Assembly: GCA_001820095.1 (NCBI GenBank)
Contig: MHOO01000003.1
Coordinates: 987-64,986, forward strand
Direction of reading: 5' to 3'
Source: Candidatus Staskawiczbacteria bacterium RIFCSPHIGHO2_01_FULL_39_25
GTDB taxonomy: Bacteria; Patescibacteriota; Minisyncoccia; Minisyncoccales; Staskawiczbacteraceae
Length of the DNA stretch: 64,000 nucleotides
Part shown: positions 1 to 10,425 of the stretch, piece after piece
How the letters are laid out: each line of letters begins with the position of its first letter
How positions within the stretch are numbered: position 1 is the first letter of the stretch
Notes under the pieces: model-generated
What the model was told of the DNA's origin: nothing
The model's database searches: none
What the model saw: only the letters and a program-made list of their open reading frames with translations
Position numbers and translations under genes: made by a program

Positions 1-1
1 C

Positions 2-1852
2 CTATGCGTTGTTATTGGAATCATGTCCAAAAAATGGTGGAAAATATTATTTATTGCGAATGTAGTATTAATATTTTTTGCACTTATATTAATTAATTAT
101 AATTTTATTTGGTGGGCGACATTGCTGGGGTCCGGGTTAATAATAATTTTTGGAGTATTAAGAAGGGATATCTTTGAAGGCAGATGGATGTTTCTGCCGA
201 TGTTTTTCTTAATAGTATCTTTATTTTTTATTCTCTTCAGCCCTCAAATCAGATGGCTGCCCCAGAAGTCATTAGAGGTATATCTGTCCCAGCAAGCTAA
301 TTTCCAAATTGACTTGAAAGCCTTAAAAGCGTCCCCTATATTGGGTTCGGGGCCTGGAACATTTGCCTATGACTTCGCAAAGTATAGGGATAAAGATTTA
401 AATAAAAATCCTTTATGGAATCTTAACTTTAACGCAGGGGCTTCAAAGGTATTGACGAGCTTGGCTACCACAGGAATCTTAGGATTTATCATGCTTATTA
501 CATTGATAGTGTTTCCTCTGTTCTATGGAATTGAATACCTTATTTCTACTTCAAGCCTACCCCAGGAAGAAGCCCCGCATCCAGAGAAAATTTCATTAAT
601 TTTGGGAATTTTGGGTATTTTGTCGGTGGTAAGCTTAGGATATTTCTTTTACAATTCCAGCGTATCATCAGATTTTGTTTACTTTTTTGCCATTGCGGCG
701 CTCGTAGCATTAATATATAAGAACGATAAAGTATATAGCCTTAAGTCATCTTCTTTGCTTACCCTTGCGGTAACCTTTGTTTTCACCGCCATTTTCATTT
801 TTGGCCTCGGATTCTTAATGTTAGACGGGCAGAGGTATTTGGCTGAAGTAAATTATTACCGCGCTATCCAAGCGTTTCGTAGCGGGCAGAAGGACGCCGC
901 TATAGATTATGTGAAGATAGCTGCCAGGAATAACACTAATTTAGACTTGTATTTCAACCAGCTGGCCCTTTTCTCATTTTCAAAACTGCAGGATCAGATT
1001 GTTGAATCTGGCGCAAATGCCCAAAAAGCAGAGGACAAAAAGAAAATTGAAAAGCTATTTTCAGATTCTATCAATGCGGCAAACATCGCCATTGACCTTA
1101 ATAATAAGAATATTGATAATTGGCTTACTAAGGCCTATGTATGCCAAAACCTCATTGGGGTGGTCAATGATGCCGTAGATTGCGCAATACAGTCGTATGA
1201 TAAAGCGCTGGAATTAAATCCTACTAATCCCTATTTCTTAGTCCAGCAGGGCAATACCTATTTAATCCAAGCAAATACGCTGCCGAAAGATTCAGCGCAA
1301 AATAAAGATGCAATCTTGCTGAAAGCTAAAGAAAAATTTGACCAGGCACTTGTCTTAAAAGAAAATTACTCTCTTGCGTACTTGCAGTTGGCGTTAGTGG
1401 CAAGAGCCCAGGGCGATACTACAGAAAAGGTAGCAGCATTAGAAAATGCAAAAAAATATTCTCCTAATGATGCGGAGTTAGCTTTGCAGATAGGCTTAAT
1501 TTACTACCAAGATAAGAATTGGACTAAGGCCCAAGAAGAATTCCAAAGAGCCTTATCTATTTCTCCTAACTACGCCAATGCATTATACTACTCTGGTTTA
1601 ACCTATGATAAACAAGGGCGAAATTCTGATGCTATTGATGCCTTCGCTAAAATTTTAGAGGCAAATCCCAATAACGAAAATATCAAAAAAATCTTAGATA
1701 ACCTAAGAAGCGGAAGAGCGGCATTGGAGGGATTAGTTGCGCAACCGCCAGCTCCCACTACGCCAACCACAAGCCCGGAACCGACCAACCCGCCTTCGGA
1801 GCCAGGAACAGATAGTTCTGAAACTACTAAAAAAGAAACTGATACAAGGTAA
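2..1852 (+). CDS. Membrane protein with O-antigen-ligase-like TM region and C-terminal TPR repeats (probably 5'-truncated)
   Basis: Multiple TM segments with a GxGPGTF loop, then TPR-like helices; frame is open to the window edge. Confidence 0.7.
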   Translation, partial: LCVVIGIMSKKWWKILFIANVVLIFFALILINYNFIWWATLLGSGLIIIFGVLRRDIFEGRWMFLPMFFLIVSLFFILFSPQIRWLPQKSLEVYLSQQANFQIDLKALKASPILGSGPGTFAYDFAKYRDKDLNKNPLWNLNFNAGASKVLTSLATTGILGFIMLITLIVFPLFYGIEYLISTSSLPQEEAPHPEKISLILGILGILSVVSLGYFFYNSSVSSDFVYFFAIAALVALIYKNDKVYSLKSSSLLTLAVTFVFTAIFIFGLGFLMLDGQRYLAEVNYYRAIQAFRSGQKDAAIDYVKIAARNNTNLDLYFNQLALFSFSKLQDQIVESGANAQKAEDKKKIEKLFSDSINAANIAIDLNNKNIDNWLTKAYVCQNLIGVVNDAVDCAIQSYDKALELNPTNPYFLVQQGNTYLIQANTLPKDSAQNKDAILLKAKEKFDQALVLKENYSLAYLQLALVARAQGDTTEKVAALENAKKYSPNDAELALQIGLIYYQDKNWTKAQEEFQRALSISPNYANALYYSGLTYDKQGRNSDAIDAFAKILEANPNNENIKKILDNLRSGRAALEGLVAQPPAPTTPTTSPEPTNPPSEPGTDSSETTKKETDTR

Positions 1853-1863
1853 GATATGCTAGG

Positions 1864-1898
1864 AACAAAAAAACAGGCTTTAGCCTGTTTTTTTGTTC
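1864..1898. terminator. Bidirectional intrinsic terminator
   Basis: A-tract, CAGGC-TTTA-GCCTG, T-tract between convergent genes. Confidence 0.75.
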
Positions 1899-1900
1899 TT

Positions 1901-1971
1901 TCGGGGTACTGGGAGTTGAACCCAGGTCACACGACCCCCAGCCGTGCATAATGCCGTTATACTATACCCCG
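1901..1971 (-). tRNA. tRNA-Pro(GGG), no encoded CCA
   Basis: Cloverleaf on minus strand: CGGGGTA/TACCCCG acceptor, anticodon loop CTGGGGG, GGTTCAA T-loop. Confidence 0.93.
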
Positions 1972-1980
1972 TACTCTTAA

Positions 1981-2108
1981 AAATTCGAAATTCGAATAGG
2001 ACCTTACAGGGATGACCTGTGGGTCAAGCGAAATTCGAAACAAGTTTTGAAAATTCGTTAGTTTGGAATTTTGGATTTGTTTTGGATTTCGGATTTCGTG
2101 CTTCGGAT
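1981..2108 (-). repeat. Heptamer inverted-array element, family C (CGAAATC/GATTTCG), with nested hairpin at about 2000-2025
   Basis: Starts at rpmB stop as TAA-ATCCGAAGCACGAAATCCG, the same as the copy after alaS. Confidence 0.85.
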
Positions 2109-2297
2109 TTATACTTTTGCCATTCTTTTAATGCATTTCGCGCACGCTAGCACTCTTTTGCCGCTGGCTAACCTAGCCCACTGCAAGTTGGGGTATTTTC
2201 TTACCTTTTGAGTCGGATTATATTTTCCTCGTAATTTTACCAACGTCCACGACATTCCTGATTTCTTGCCGCAGATGGTACAGATTTTAGAAGCCAT
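2109..2297 (-). CDS. rpmB: 50S ribosomal protein L28
   Basis: CTICGK...RKYPNLQW...ACAKCIK. Confidence 0.9.
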   Translation of the reverse strand: MASKICTICGKKSGMSWTLVKLRGKYNPTQKVRKYPNLQWARLASGKRVLACAKCIKRMAKV

Positions 2298-2302
2298 AAT
2301 TG

Positions 2303-2430
2303 TGAATTATTCTAATTATACTAATTGTTCTAGTTATTCTAAAGAAATCCTAAATCCTAATTTCTCATTTTGACATTCATCGCTTGGGATTTGATTAGGT
2401 TAATTAGAAATTAGGTCAATTAGAATAATT
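2303..2430 (-). repeat. About 9-bp inverted-array element, family E (CTAATT/AATTAG)
   Basis: Similar to 41405-41548; ends just upstream of rpmB ATG. Confidence 0.75.
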
Positions 2431-2487
2431 ATATAGTATCTTATCTTCTCTTTTTTTGCAATGTCTGGTATTATTACATAACATCCT

Positions 2488-3111
2488 ATGGATATCGTAG
2501 TCGCTATATTTTCTTTAATCATTTTACTTTTTTCCGTAATCATCCACGAATTAGCTCATGGCAGTGTTGCGTTTTCTTTGGGCGATCCCACGGCAAAGTA
2601 TGAAAAAAGGTTAACCCTGAATCCCTTAAGGCATTTGGATCCTTTTGGTTCTGTTATCTTGCCACTGCTTTTATTCATCAGCGGCAGCGCCGTATTAGTG
2701 GGATGGGCAAAGCCAGTGCCTATAAACCCCTATAATTTTAGAGACCAAAAATGGGGAGCATTCAAAGTTGCCATTGCGGGGCCGTTATCAAATATTGCCT
2801 TGGCATTATTTTTTGGGCTTGCCATACGGGGCATTCCTTATGATGTTTTTTTGCAGGTTCCCGGACTTTTTTTGATTTTTTCTTTCATTGTAAGGATAAA
2901 TTTAATGCTTGCTATTTTTAACCTGGTGCCAATTCCTCCCCTTGATGGTTCATGGATGCTTTTTAAATTATTGCCTGATAGCCTAGAATGGGTAAAAACA
3001 TTTTTGCAGCAATACGGAATCTATATTTTAATATTCCTGTTGTTTTTTGGAGGATTGTACGGAGTAAACTCTATTGCAGAATACTTTTTCCGCCTATTTA
3101 CAGGAATATAG
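2488..3111 (+). CDS. Site-2 protease (M50 family)
   Basis: HELAH and NLVPIPPLDG motifs. Confidence 0.9.
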   Translation: MDIVVAIFSLIILLFSVIIHELAHGSVAFSLGDPTAKYEKRLTLNPLRHLDPFGSVILPLLLFISGSAVLVGWAKPVPINPYNFRDQKWGAFKVAIAGPLSNIALALFFGLAIRGIPYDVFLQVPGLFLIFSFIVRINLMLAIFNLVPIPPLDGSWMLFKLLPDSLEWVKTFLQQYGIYILIFLLFFGGLYGVNSIAEYFFRLFTGI

Positions 3112-3121
3112 TCGAACCCTG

Positions 3122-3150
3122 TTGACTTGATTTGCAATATTTGTTAAACT
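3122..3150 (+). promoter_or_regulatory. sigma70-type promoter of str operon
   Basis: TTGACT-17-TAAACT. Confidence 0.6.
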
Positions 3151-3188
3151 ATCAATGAGTGCAGATGCACTTTTTGTTTTTCTAGTTT

Positions 3189-3359
3189 CTTTGAATTACG
3201 AAATGCTTAATGAAAAGGCGAGTTTCGAGTCTTTTTTCAAAATCTGGGTCGAAAATTCGCAATAATTCTAAAACGTAGCAAGCTACGTTTTAGAATTCTA
3301 TCAAATTTTCACCTTCCAGATTTTGAAAAAATACCTCGAAAGCATTTCGTAATTCAAAG
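3189..3359. repeat. 171-bp long imperfect palindrome in rpsL leader
   Basis: Perfect 19-bp terminal IR plus two inner 16-bp stems. Confidence 0.9.
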
Positions 3360-3377
3360 TAATTTAAAATTCACACC

Positions 3378-3794
3378 GTGCCAACAATACACCAGTTAAT
3401 TAAAAAACCCAGAAAAAGCATACAAGCCAAAAAGAAGGGCGTGGCTTTGCATTACGGTTTTAATGTATTGCAAAACAAGCCTTCGCACTATCCATCTCCG
3501 TTTAAAAGGGGGGTATGCATCAAGGTATTTACCCAAACTCCTAGAAAACCAAACTCTGCGTTAAGAAAAGTAGCCAGGGTTAAATTGTCAAATGGCATGG
3601 AGGTAACCGCCTATATTCCAGGGGAAGGCCATAATTTGCAAGAACACTCAGTGGTATTAATTAGGGGGGGAAGAGTAAAGGACTTGCCCGGAGTCAGATA
3701 CCACATTGTGAGAGGTGTGCTAGATACTACAGGGGTTGAAAACAGGAAGCAGGGAAGGTCAAGGTATGGGTCAAAGATGCCTAAAGCTAAATAA
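3378..3794 (+). CDS. rpsL: 30S ribosomal protein S12
   Basis: [22 protein letters not shown]. Confidence 0.98.
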   Translation: MPTIHQLIKKPRKSIQAKKKGVALHYGFNVLQNKPSHYPSPFKRGVCIKVFTQTPRKPNSALRKVARVKLSNGMEVTAYIPGEGHNLQEHSVVLIRGGRVKDLPGVRYHIVRGVLDTTGVENRKQGRSRYGSKMPKAK

Positions 3795-3821
3795 TTTTCA
3801 AATTGTAAATTGTAAATTCAC

Positions 3822-4292
3822 ATGCGAAGGGCCTATAAAAAACACAAAGTTGCCCCGGACACCTTATACCAAGACGTACAGGTTGCCCAATTGATCAACA
3901 AGGTGATGACCCAGGGGAAAAAGTCAACCGCACAAAAAATTGTGTACATGGCTTTTGATGCCATAAAACAAAAAACCCAAAAAGAGCCCTTGGAGGTTTT
4001 CAAGCAAGCGGTTGAAAATGCTTCTCCCGTATTAGAGGTAAAGCCAAAGAGGATCGGGGGAGCCACGTATCAGGTACCTATGGAGGTGCGGCAGGAACGG
4101 AGGATCTTTTTATCGTTAAAATGGATTATTGACGGAGCAAGGTCTGGAAAAGGCAAATCAATGGCAGAAAAGCTTAGCCAGGAGATCATGAACGTAGCCA
4201 ACAACGAAGGCATGGCAATGAAACGGAAAAACGATATGCATAGAATGGCAGAGGCAAACAAGGCTTTTGCTCATTTTGCGCGCTCTCGCTAG
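3822..4292 (+). CDS. rpsG: 30S ribosomal protein S7
   Basis: [20 protein letters not shown]. Confidence 0.98.
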   Translation: MRRAYKKHKVAPDTLYQDVQVAQLINKVMTQGKKSTAQKIVYMAFDAIKQKTQKEPLEVFKQAVENASPVLEVKPKRIGGATYQVPMEVRQERRIFLSLKWIIDGARSGKGKSMAEKLSQEIMNVANNEGMAMKRKNDMHRMAEANKAFAHFARSR

Positions 4293-4399
4293 AACGTGAA
4301 TTCAGTATCTTGTATCTAGTAGCTAGAATGGAATTTTGAATACAGAATTCAGGATTCTTTTATTCTATTCTAGCTTCCAGCTGCTAGCTCCTAGATTCA
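4293..4399 (+). repeat. Heptamer inverted-array element, family B (GAATCTW/WAGATTC)
   Basis: AACGTGAAT start, 7-bp units, ends 5 nt before fusA ATG. Confidence 0.85.
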
Positions 4400-4404
4400 A
4401 ATTT

Positions 4405-6480
4405 ATGAACAGAAGTCATCCTTTAGAAAAACTACGTAACTTCGGAATTATCGCTCACATTGACGCGGGAAAAACAACGGTTTCCGAGCGCCTTTTGTTT
4501 TATACGGGAGTAAGCCATAAAATCGGGGAAGTGCACGAAGGCGATACCGTCATGGACTGGATGCCTCAGGAACGCGAGCGCGGTATTACGATTACCGCAG
4601 CCGCCATTACTATGCAATGGAAAGGCATTCAAATGAACCTTATTGATACCCCCGGCCACATTGACTTTACGGCCGAGGTACAGCGCTCCCTGCGCGTATT
4701 AGACGGCGCTGTGGTAGTGTTTGACGGCGTAGCCGGAGTTGAGCCTCAATCAGAAACGGTATGGCGCCAGGCTGACAAATATGGCACGCCAAGGATTTGT
4801 TTTATCAATAAGCTGGACAGAATGGGTGGAAGTTTTGAAAAGTCATATCAGTCTATTTTAGATAAATTGACGAAAAACGCCGTGGCTATGACCATTCCCA
4901 TTGGAGAAGAAGAACATTTATCAGCCGTAATTGATTTACTGAAAATGAAAGCCATTTATTTTGAGGGCGAGAAAGGAGAAATAGTGGTAGAAAAAGAAAT
5001 TCCGGCGGATATGGTGGGAAAAGCAAAAGCCTGGAGGGAAAAAATGGTAGACCGTATTGCCGGGGAAGACGATGCCTTAACAAATAAATTACTGGGCGGT
5101 GAAGAAATTTCAAACGAAGAACTTATGGCGGCTATGCGAAAAGCTTGCCTGGCGTTTAAGCTGGTGCCGGTATTTTGCGGTTCGGCTTTAAAAAACAAGG
5201 GTACCCAATTTATTTTAGATGCCGTCATTGACTATTTGCCATCGCCTCTAGATATTGGTTTTGTAAAAGGAACCGACCCCAAAACCGGAGCTGAAATTGA
5301 AAGGAAATTTTCTGACACAGAGCCATTTGCAGCTTTGGTGTTTAAAGTTGCCACGGATCCCTTTGTAGGGCAACTTACTTTTTTCAGGGTATATTCAGGC
5401 GTATTAAATAAAGGAACCTATTTATTGAATTCCGTCACCGGAGAACAGGAAAGAATTGCACGGATTTTAAGGATGAAATCCAACTCGCGGGAAGAATTGG
5501 ATGTGATTTACGCTGGCGAAATTGGAGCTACGGTTGGTTTAAAAAATACCATTACCGGCCACACCTTGTGCGATAAGGAAAACCCGGTGGTGCTGGAAAA
5601 AATTTCATTTCCTGAACCGGTTATTTCTATGCGGGTTGAGCCAAAAACCAAGGCTGACCAGGAGAAGCTTATTATGTCTATTCGGAAATTGACCCAGGAA
5701 GACCCAACCTTCAGGATTAAAGAAGATATTGAAACGGGTGAAACTATTATTTCTGGCATGGGCGAACTACACTTAGATATTATTCAAGATCGGCTCAGGC
5801 GTGAATTTAATGTAGACGCAAACTTCGGCAAGCCGCAAGTGGCGTACCGTGAAACGATTACCGCAGAGTCAGAGGCTGAAGAAAAGTATGTGCGCCAATC
5901 CGGTGGAAAGGGGCAATATGGACATGTACGATTAAGGTTAAAGCCTTTGGAGCGAGGCACGGGTTTCCAATTTGTTGATGAAATTAAAGGAGGGGCTATT
6001 CCAAAAGAGTTTATCAAGCCGACCGAAAAGGGCGTGATTGAAGCGCTTGATAAGGGAATTATAGCCGGGTATCCCATGGTTGACGTTGAAGTTACGCTTT
6101 ACGATGGAAGCTTCCACGAAGTGGACTCTTCTGAATTTGCCTTTAAAATTGCCGGATCCATGGCTGTGCAAGCAGGGGCTAAAAAAGCTAAACCGGTTAT
6201 TTTGGAACCCATTATGAAAACCGAAGTAATTACTCCGGATGCTTTTTTTGGAACGGTTATTTCAGATTTAAGCTCTAGAAGAGGGAAAATTGAAGAAACC
6301 AAAGAACGGATGGGAATGAAAGTATTGGATGCTATGGTGCCGTTGTCCGAGATGTTTGGATATGCAACAGCGTTAAGAAGCTTAACAGAAGGCCGAGCAT
6401 CGTTTACTATGGAATTTAATAAATACGAGATTGTTCCAAATAATGTAGCACAGCAAATTATGGAAGGGAAAGTGAAATAA
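4405..6480 (+). CDS. fusA: Elongation factor G
   Basis: [14 protein letters not shown]; start moved to ATG 4405 because the ORF-track extension is repeat-derived. Confidence 0.98.
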   Translation: MNRSHPLEKLRNFGIIAHIDAGKTTVSERLLFYTGVSHKIGEVHEGDTVMDWMPQERERGITITAAAITMQWKGIQMNLIDTPGHIDFTAEVQRSLRVLDGAVVVFDGVAGVEPQSETVWRQADKYGTPRICFINKLDRMGGSFEKSYQSILDKLTKNAVAMTIPIGEEEHLSAVIDLLKMKAIYFEGEKGEIVVEKEIPADMVGKAKAWREKMVDRIAGEDDALTNKLLGGEEISNEELMAAMRKACLAFKLVPVFCGSALKNKGTQFILDAVIDYLPSPLDIGFVKGTDPKTGAEIERKFSDTEPFAALVFKVATDPFVGQLTFFRVYSGVLNKGTYLLNSVTGEQERIARILRMKSNSREELDVIYAGEIGATVGLKNTITGHTLCDKENPVVLEKISFPEPVISMRVEPKTKADQEKLIMSIRKLTQEDPTFRIKEDIETGETIISGMGELHLDIIQDRLRREFNVDANFGKPQVAYRETITAESEAEEKYVRQSGGKGQYGHVRLRLKPLERGTGFQFVDEIKGGAIPKEFIKPTEKGVIEALDKGIIAGYPMVDVEVTLYDGSFHEVDSSEFAFKIAGSMAVQAGAKKAKPVILEPIMKTEVITPDAFFGTVISDLSSRRGKIEETKERMGMKVLDAMVPLSEMFGYATALRSLTEGRASFTMEFNKYEIVPNNVAQQIMEGKVK

Positions 6481-6483
6481 TCA

Positions 6484-6512
6484 TTGACTAATTTTTAGAT
6501 ATATAATACAAT
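6484..6512 (+). promoter_or_regulatory. Promoter upstream of tuf
   Basis: TTGACT-17-TACAAT. Confidence 0.65.
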
Positions 6513-6532
6513 TAAAACATTAATAAAAACTT

Positions 6533-6660
6533 AACGTGAATCTGGCAGCTAGAAGCTTGAATCTTGAATAGAATACAGAATTCTGAATAATCGTGGCAAA
6601 GCCTATATTCTGAATTCAATATTCCATTCAAGCTACTAGATACTCTATTCTAGATTCTCA
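6533..6660 (+). repeat. Family B element
   Basis: AACGTGAATCTGG...TAGATTCTCA before tuf. Confidence 0.85.
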
Positions 6661-6666
6661 CAAACT

Positions 6667-7860
6667 ATGGCAGAAAAATTTGAGAGGTCCAAGCCTCACG
6701 TAAATATTGGTACCATCGGCCACGTTGACCATGGAAAAACCACGTTGTCAGCCGCAATTATGAAAGTTTCAGGATTGCGCGGTTTTAAGCATACTGAAGC
6801 TGATGTGGATAAAATTGACGCATCTCCGGAAGAAAAGGCACGAGGGGTGACGATTTCTATTACCCACTTGGAAACCGAAACTGCAAAAAGGCACTATGCC
6901 TTGATTGACTGCCCAGGACACGCTGACTACATTAAAAATATGATTACGGGAGCTGCCCAGATGGACGGCGGAATTTTATTGGTTTCTGCTCCAGATGGCC
7001 CTATGCCTCAAACCAAAGAGCACATTCTTTTAGCAAGACAGGTGGGATTACCATCATTGGTGGTATTTATGAATAAAGTTGATATGGTTGATGATCCTGA
7101 AATTTTAGACTTGGTTGAGTCAGAAGTGAGGGAATTATTGAAAAAATATGGGTTCCCAGGAGATGAAACTCCAATTATTAGAGGTTCTGCCTTAAAAGCA
7201 TTATCGGCATCTTCTGTTGATGATCCAGCCGTCAAGCCAATTGTAGAACTGCTTGACGCCGTAGACAGTTATATCCCTGAACCAGTAAGAGAATTAGAAA
7301 AGCCATTTGCCATGGCTATTGAAGACGTGTTCTCCATTGAAGGAAGGGGAACGGTAGCTACGGGAAGAATTGAAAGAGGCGTTGTGCATCCTAACGATGA
7401 AGTTGAAATTATAGGTATCAGGCCGACCCAAAAAACGGTAGTGGTTTCCGTTGAAATGTTCCAAAAGAGCTTAGACGAAGGAAGGGCGGGAGATAATGTG
7501 GGCATTTTATTGAGAGGCTTGAAGAAAGAAGATATTGAACGAGGCCAGGTGCTGGCAAAGCCGGGTTCTATTACCCCTCATACTGAATTTGATAGCGAAG
7601 TATATGTATTAAGCAAGGATGAAGGCGGAAGGCATACGCCATTTTTCACCGGTTATAAGCCTCAGCTTTACATTAGAACTTCTGACATTACCGGAGACGT
7701 AACCTTGCCAGAAGGAACCGAAATGGTAATGCCCGGAGATACCGCAAACCTGAAAGTTAAATTAATTGTGCCGGTAGCATTGGAAGAAAAAGGAAAGTTT
7801 GCTATTAGGGAAGGTGGAAAGACTGTGGGGGCGGGAGTGGTAACAAAGATCACCAAGTAA
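6667..7860 (+). CDS. tuf: Elongation factor Tu
   Basis: [17 protein letters not shown]. Confidence 0.98.
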   Translation: MAEKFERSKPHVNIGTIGHVDHGKTTLSAAIMKVSGLRGFKHTEADVDKIDASPEEKARGVTISITHLETETAKRHYALIDCPGHADYIKNMITGAAQMDGGILLVSAPDGPMPQTKEHILLARQVGLPSLVVFMNKVDMVDDPEILDLVESEVRELLKKYGFPGDETPIIRGSALKALSASSVDDPAVKPIVELLDAVDSYIPEPVRELEKPFAMAIEDVFSIEGRGTVATGRIERGVVHPNDEVEIIGIRPTQKTVVVSVEMFQKSLDEGRAGDNVGILLRGLKKEDIERGQVLAKPGSITPHTEFDSEVYVLSKDEGGRHTPFFTGYKPQLYIRTSDITGDVTLPEGTEMVMPGDTANLKVKLIVPVALEEKGKFAIREGGKTVGAGVVTKITK

Positions 7861-7868
7861 ATTTTCAC

Positions 7869-8252
7869 GTGATGATGGCTCTTAAAAAAGCAACCATAAA
7901 ACCAAAAAAGGCAAAAGCAGAATCTCCGAAAGAGGAAGCGGTAGTTGTTATGCCCAAGCTTAGGATTAAGCTTAAGGCTTACGACCATAAGATTATAGAT
8001 AGTTCGGTCAGGCAGATTATTGATATTGCCAACCGCAGCGGCGTAGAAGTAGTTGGACCGGTGCCCTTGCCAACCGAAATATTAAAATACACGGTGAACC
8101 GATCTACTTTTGTCCATAAAAATGCCAGAGAGCAGTTTGAAATGAGGGTTCACAAAAGAGTCATTGACATCATAAATCCTAATCCTGAAATTATTGAAGC
8201 ATTGCGGGATTTAAACTTGCCATCCGGGGTTGACATCACCATCAAAATTTAA
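7869..8252 (+). CDS. rpsJ: 30S ribosomal protein S10 (N-terminal extension)
   Basis: RIKLKAYDH, GPVPLPT. Confidence 0.96.
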   Translation: MMMALKKATIKPKKAKAESPKEEAVVVMPKLRIKLKAYDHKIIDSSVRQIIDIANRSGVEVVGPVPLPTEILKYTVNRSTFVHKNAREQFEMRVHKRVIDIINPNPEIIEALRDLNLPSGVDITIKI

Positions 8253-8302
8253 TAGTATAGTTAAAATTAAACAATTGTTAACTTTTCCATGATATTTTTT
8301 GA

Positions 8303-8364
8303 TTCACCCGATCAAATAATTTTGCAAAGCAAAATTAGCGCAAGGCGCTATTTGACCGGGTAAA
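8303..8364. repeat. Y-shaped palindromic element, copy 1
   Basis: TTCACCCGRTCAAATA/TATTTGAYCGGGTAAA stem enclosing two hairpins; second copy at 37105. Confidence 0.8.
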
Positions 8365-8430
8365 AATATTATAGAATAACAACATTGCCATTGAACTGGG
8401 CAATTGCCCAGTTTTTCATTAGAAACAAAG

Positions 8431-9030
8431 ATGAAATTCATTTTAGGAAAAAAAATTGAAATGTCCCAGATGTTTGATGAAAAGGGAAAAGTAATCCCCG
8501 TAACTTTGATTTCAGCGGGGCCATGCGTAGTATTGCAGAAAAAAACCAAAGAAAAAGAAGGATACAATGCCCTGCAGGTGGGTTTTATAAAAATTGAAAA
8601 AAAGAGTAAGGTTAAGAAAACGATGAAGGGAAAAGAATATAGGTACATAAAAGAATTTTTAGTTATTAATGATCAATTATCCAAAAACGTTGGCGATGCA
8701 ATTAATCTTGCTGAATTTAAAGAAGGAGATAAGGTAAATATAGTGGGAATTTCCAAGGGAAAGGGGTTTCAAGGAGCAGTGAAAAGGCATGGGTTTTCAG
8801 GCAGGAATGCAACCCATGGCGCCAAGCACGAAGCCAGAACTGTCGGATCAATCGGGCAAAGGTTTCCTCAGCATACGATCAAAGGGAGAAGAATGCCAGG
8901 AAGGATGGGATACGAAAGGGTTACCGTAAAAAATTTAATAGTCGCAAAAATTGACGCAGAAAATAATATTTTGGCGTTGAAGGGAGCCGTACCGGGACAT
9001 AGAGGTACGTTGCTAGAGATTAGAGGATAG
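8431..9030 (+). CDS. rplC: 50S ribosomal protein L3
   Basis: SKGKGFQGAVKRH, MPGRMG. Confidence 0.97.
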   Translation: MKFILGKKIEMSQMFDEKGKVIPVTLISAGPCVVLQKKTKEKEGYNALQVGFIKIEKKSKVKKTMKGKEYRYIKEFLVINDQLSKNVGDAINLAEFKEGDKVNIVGISKGKGFQGAVKRHGFSGRNATHGAKHEARTVGSIGQRFPQHTIKGRRMPGRMGYERVTVKNLIVAKIDAENNILALKGAVPGHRGTLLEIRG

Positions 9031-9208
9031 GGCGCTTACGGAAGTCTTTTGCAATGATGTTAAAAGTACCGATAGTCGAAATTGCCAGCGCAATTTCGCT
9101 ATCTAAATTCTCGGCAGTTTGCGCCGCCAAAGGCGGCGACCATGCCAAACTGCCTGCGAAATTTACTTTTAACATCACTGCAAAAGTGAAAATCTTTTCC
9201 ATGCGCTA
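9031..9208 (+). ncRNA. Unassigned covarying three-way-junction element, copy 1 (core 9046-9186)
   Basis: Homologous to 16263-16459 with many compensatory changes. Confidence 0.65.
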
Positions 9209-9246
9209 AAGTAAAATCTTTTATTAGTAATTAGAAATTTGCAGGC

Positions 9247-9888
9247 ATGAAATATCCAGTCTACAATCAAGAGGGCAAAGAGACGGGAGAAGTAAATCTT
9301 CCTAAGGACATATTTGAGGTTCCCTTGAACGCTGATTTGGTGCACCAAGTGGCAATTTCACAGACAGCCAATAAGAGGCAGGTTTCAGCCCATACGAAAG
9401 ACCGGGGTGCAGTACGCGGCGGAGGCAGGAAGCCTTGGAGGCAAAAAGGAACTGGGAGAGCACGAGTAGGGTCTATTAGGTCTCCATTATGGAGGGGCGG
9501 AGGAGTTACGGGAGGCCCAACCAATGAGAAAGTTTATGAAAAGACTATTCCTACTAAAATGAGAAGGAAGGCATTATTTATGGCGCTTAGCCAGAAAGCG
9601 AAAAATAACTTACTGATAGTATTAGATAAATTAGAGATGGAAAACCCAAAGACAAAAATGATGGTAGAAATCATTAAAAAGCTTCCCGGATCAAAAGAAA
9701 GCAGATTAATAACGGCATTGAACGGAGATAAGAAAGTGTTTTTATCAGCAAGGAATATTACAAAAACAAGGGTGGCAGAAGCAAGAAACTTGAATGTGGC
9801 AGATGTGTTAAATTATAAATATCTTATTGTGTCTAAAGACGGAATTAAGGATATAGAGAAGACTTTTGCAAGGCAAAAGTCTGAATAA
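9247..9888 (+). CDS. rplD: 50S ribosomal protein L4
   Basis: KPWRQKGTGRAR. Confidence 0.98.
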   Translation: MKYPVYNQEGKETGEVNLPKDIFEVPLNADLVHQVAISQTANKRQVSAHTKDRGAVRGGGRKPWRQKGTGRARVGSIRSPLWRGGGVTGGPTNEKVYEKTIPTKMRRKALFMALSQKAKNNLLIVLDKLEMENPKTKMMVEIIKKLPGSKESRLITALNGDKKVFLSARNITKTRVAEARNLNVADVLNYKYLIVSKDGIKDIEKTFARQKSE

Positions 9889-9964
9889 AGAATCTTGTAT
9901 TTGGAAGCTAGAATAAAAAACGATATAACATATTCAATCTTCAAGATACAAAATTCAAGATTCA
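9883..9964 (+). repeat. Family B element
   Basis: GAATCTT GTATTTG GAAGCTA ... AAGATAC AAAATTC AAGATTC. Confidence 0.85.
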
Positions 9965-9969
9965 AACAA

Positions 9970-10407
9970 ATGGCTTTATTTGATTTTTTAAAAAGAAAAA
10001 AGGAAGTAGAGAAAGCGAAAGAAAAAATAAAAAAAGAACCGGAAAAAGGGGCGGATAAGGCTTTGGTTGCAAAGCCAAAGAAAGTCGTGGAATCAGACGC
10101 AGAAAAACACGAGAACAAAAAAAATGTAAAGGGATTTTCCTATAGTATTGTAAAAGAACCTCATATTTCTGAAAAATCAACCTTATTAGCAGAAGGCAAT
10201 AAATATACTTTTAAAGTGGATGGCAATGCCAATAAGCCAGAAATAAAAAGATCAGTTGAAGGAATTTATGGGGTAAATGTCTTGGGGGTAAGTATCATAA
10301 AAATTCCAAAAAAGAAAAGAAGGCTAGGAAAAACCGAAGGGTTCAGAAAGGGGTACAGAAAGGCGGTAGTCACTATTAAGAAAGGGCAAAAGATAGAGGT
10401 ATTTTAA
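9970..10407 (+). CDS. rplW: 50S ribosomal protein L23 (Lys/Glu-rich N-terminal extension)
   Basis: PHISEKS, YTFKV..ANKPEIK, RKAVVT. Confidence 0.95.
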   Translation: MALFDFLKRKKEVEKAKEKIKKEPEKGADKALVAKPKKVVESDAEKHENKKNVKGFSYSIVKEPHISEKSTLLAEGNKYTFKVDGNANKPEIKRSVEGIYGVNVLGVSIIKIPKKKRRLGKTEGFRKGYRKAVVTIKKGQKIEVF

Positions 10408-10425
10408 ATTAGTAATTAGTAATTC

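Noticed and set aside
4336..4404. N-terminal extensions in the ORF track (fusA, rplW, rpsS, rplV, rplN, rplO, rpsM, rseP, frr) and antisense MSIVNC/MNLE ORFs
   Set aside because: They are translations of the heptamer arrays; conserved starts lie just downstream
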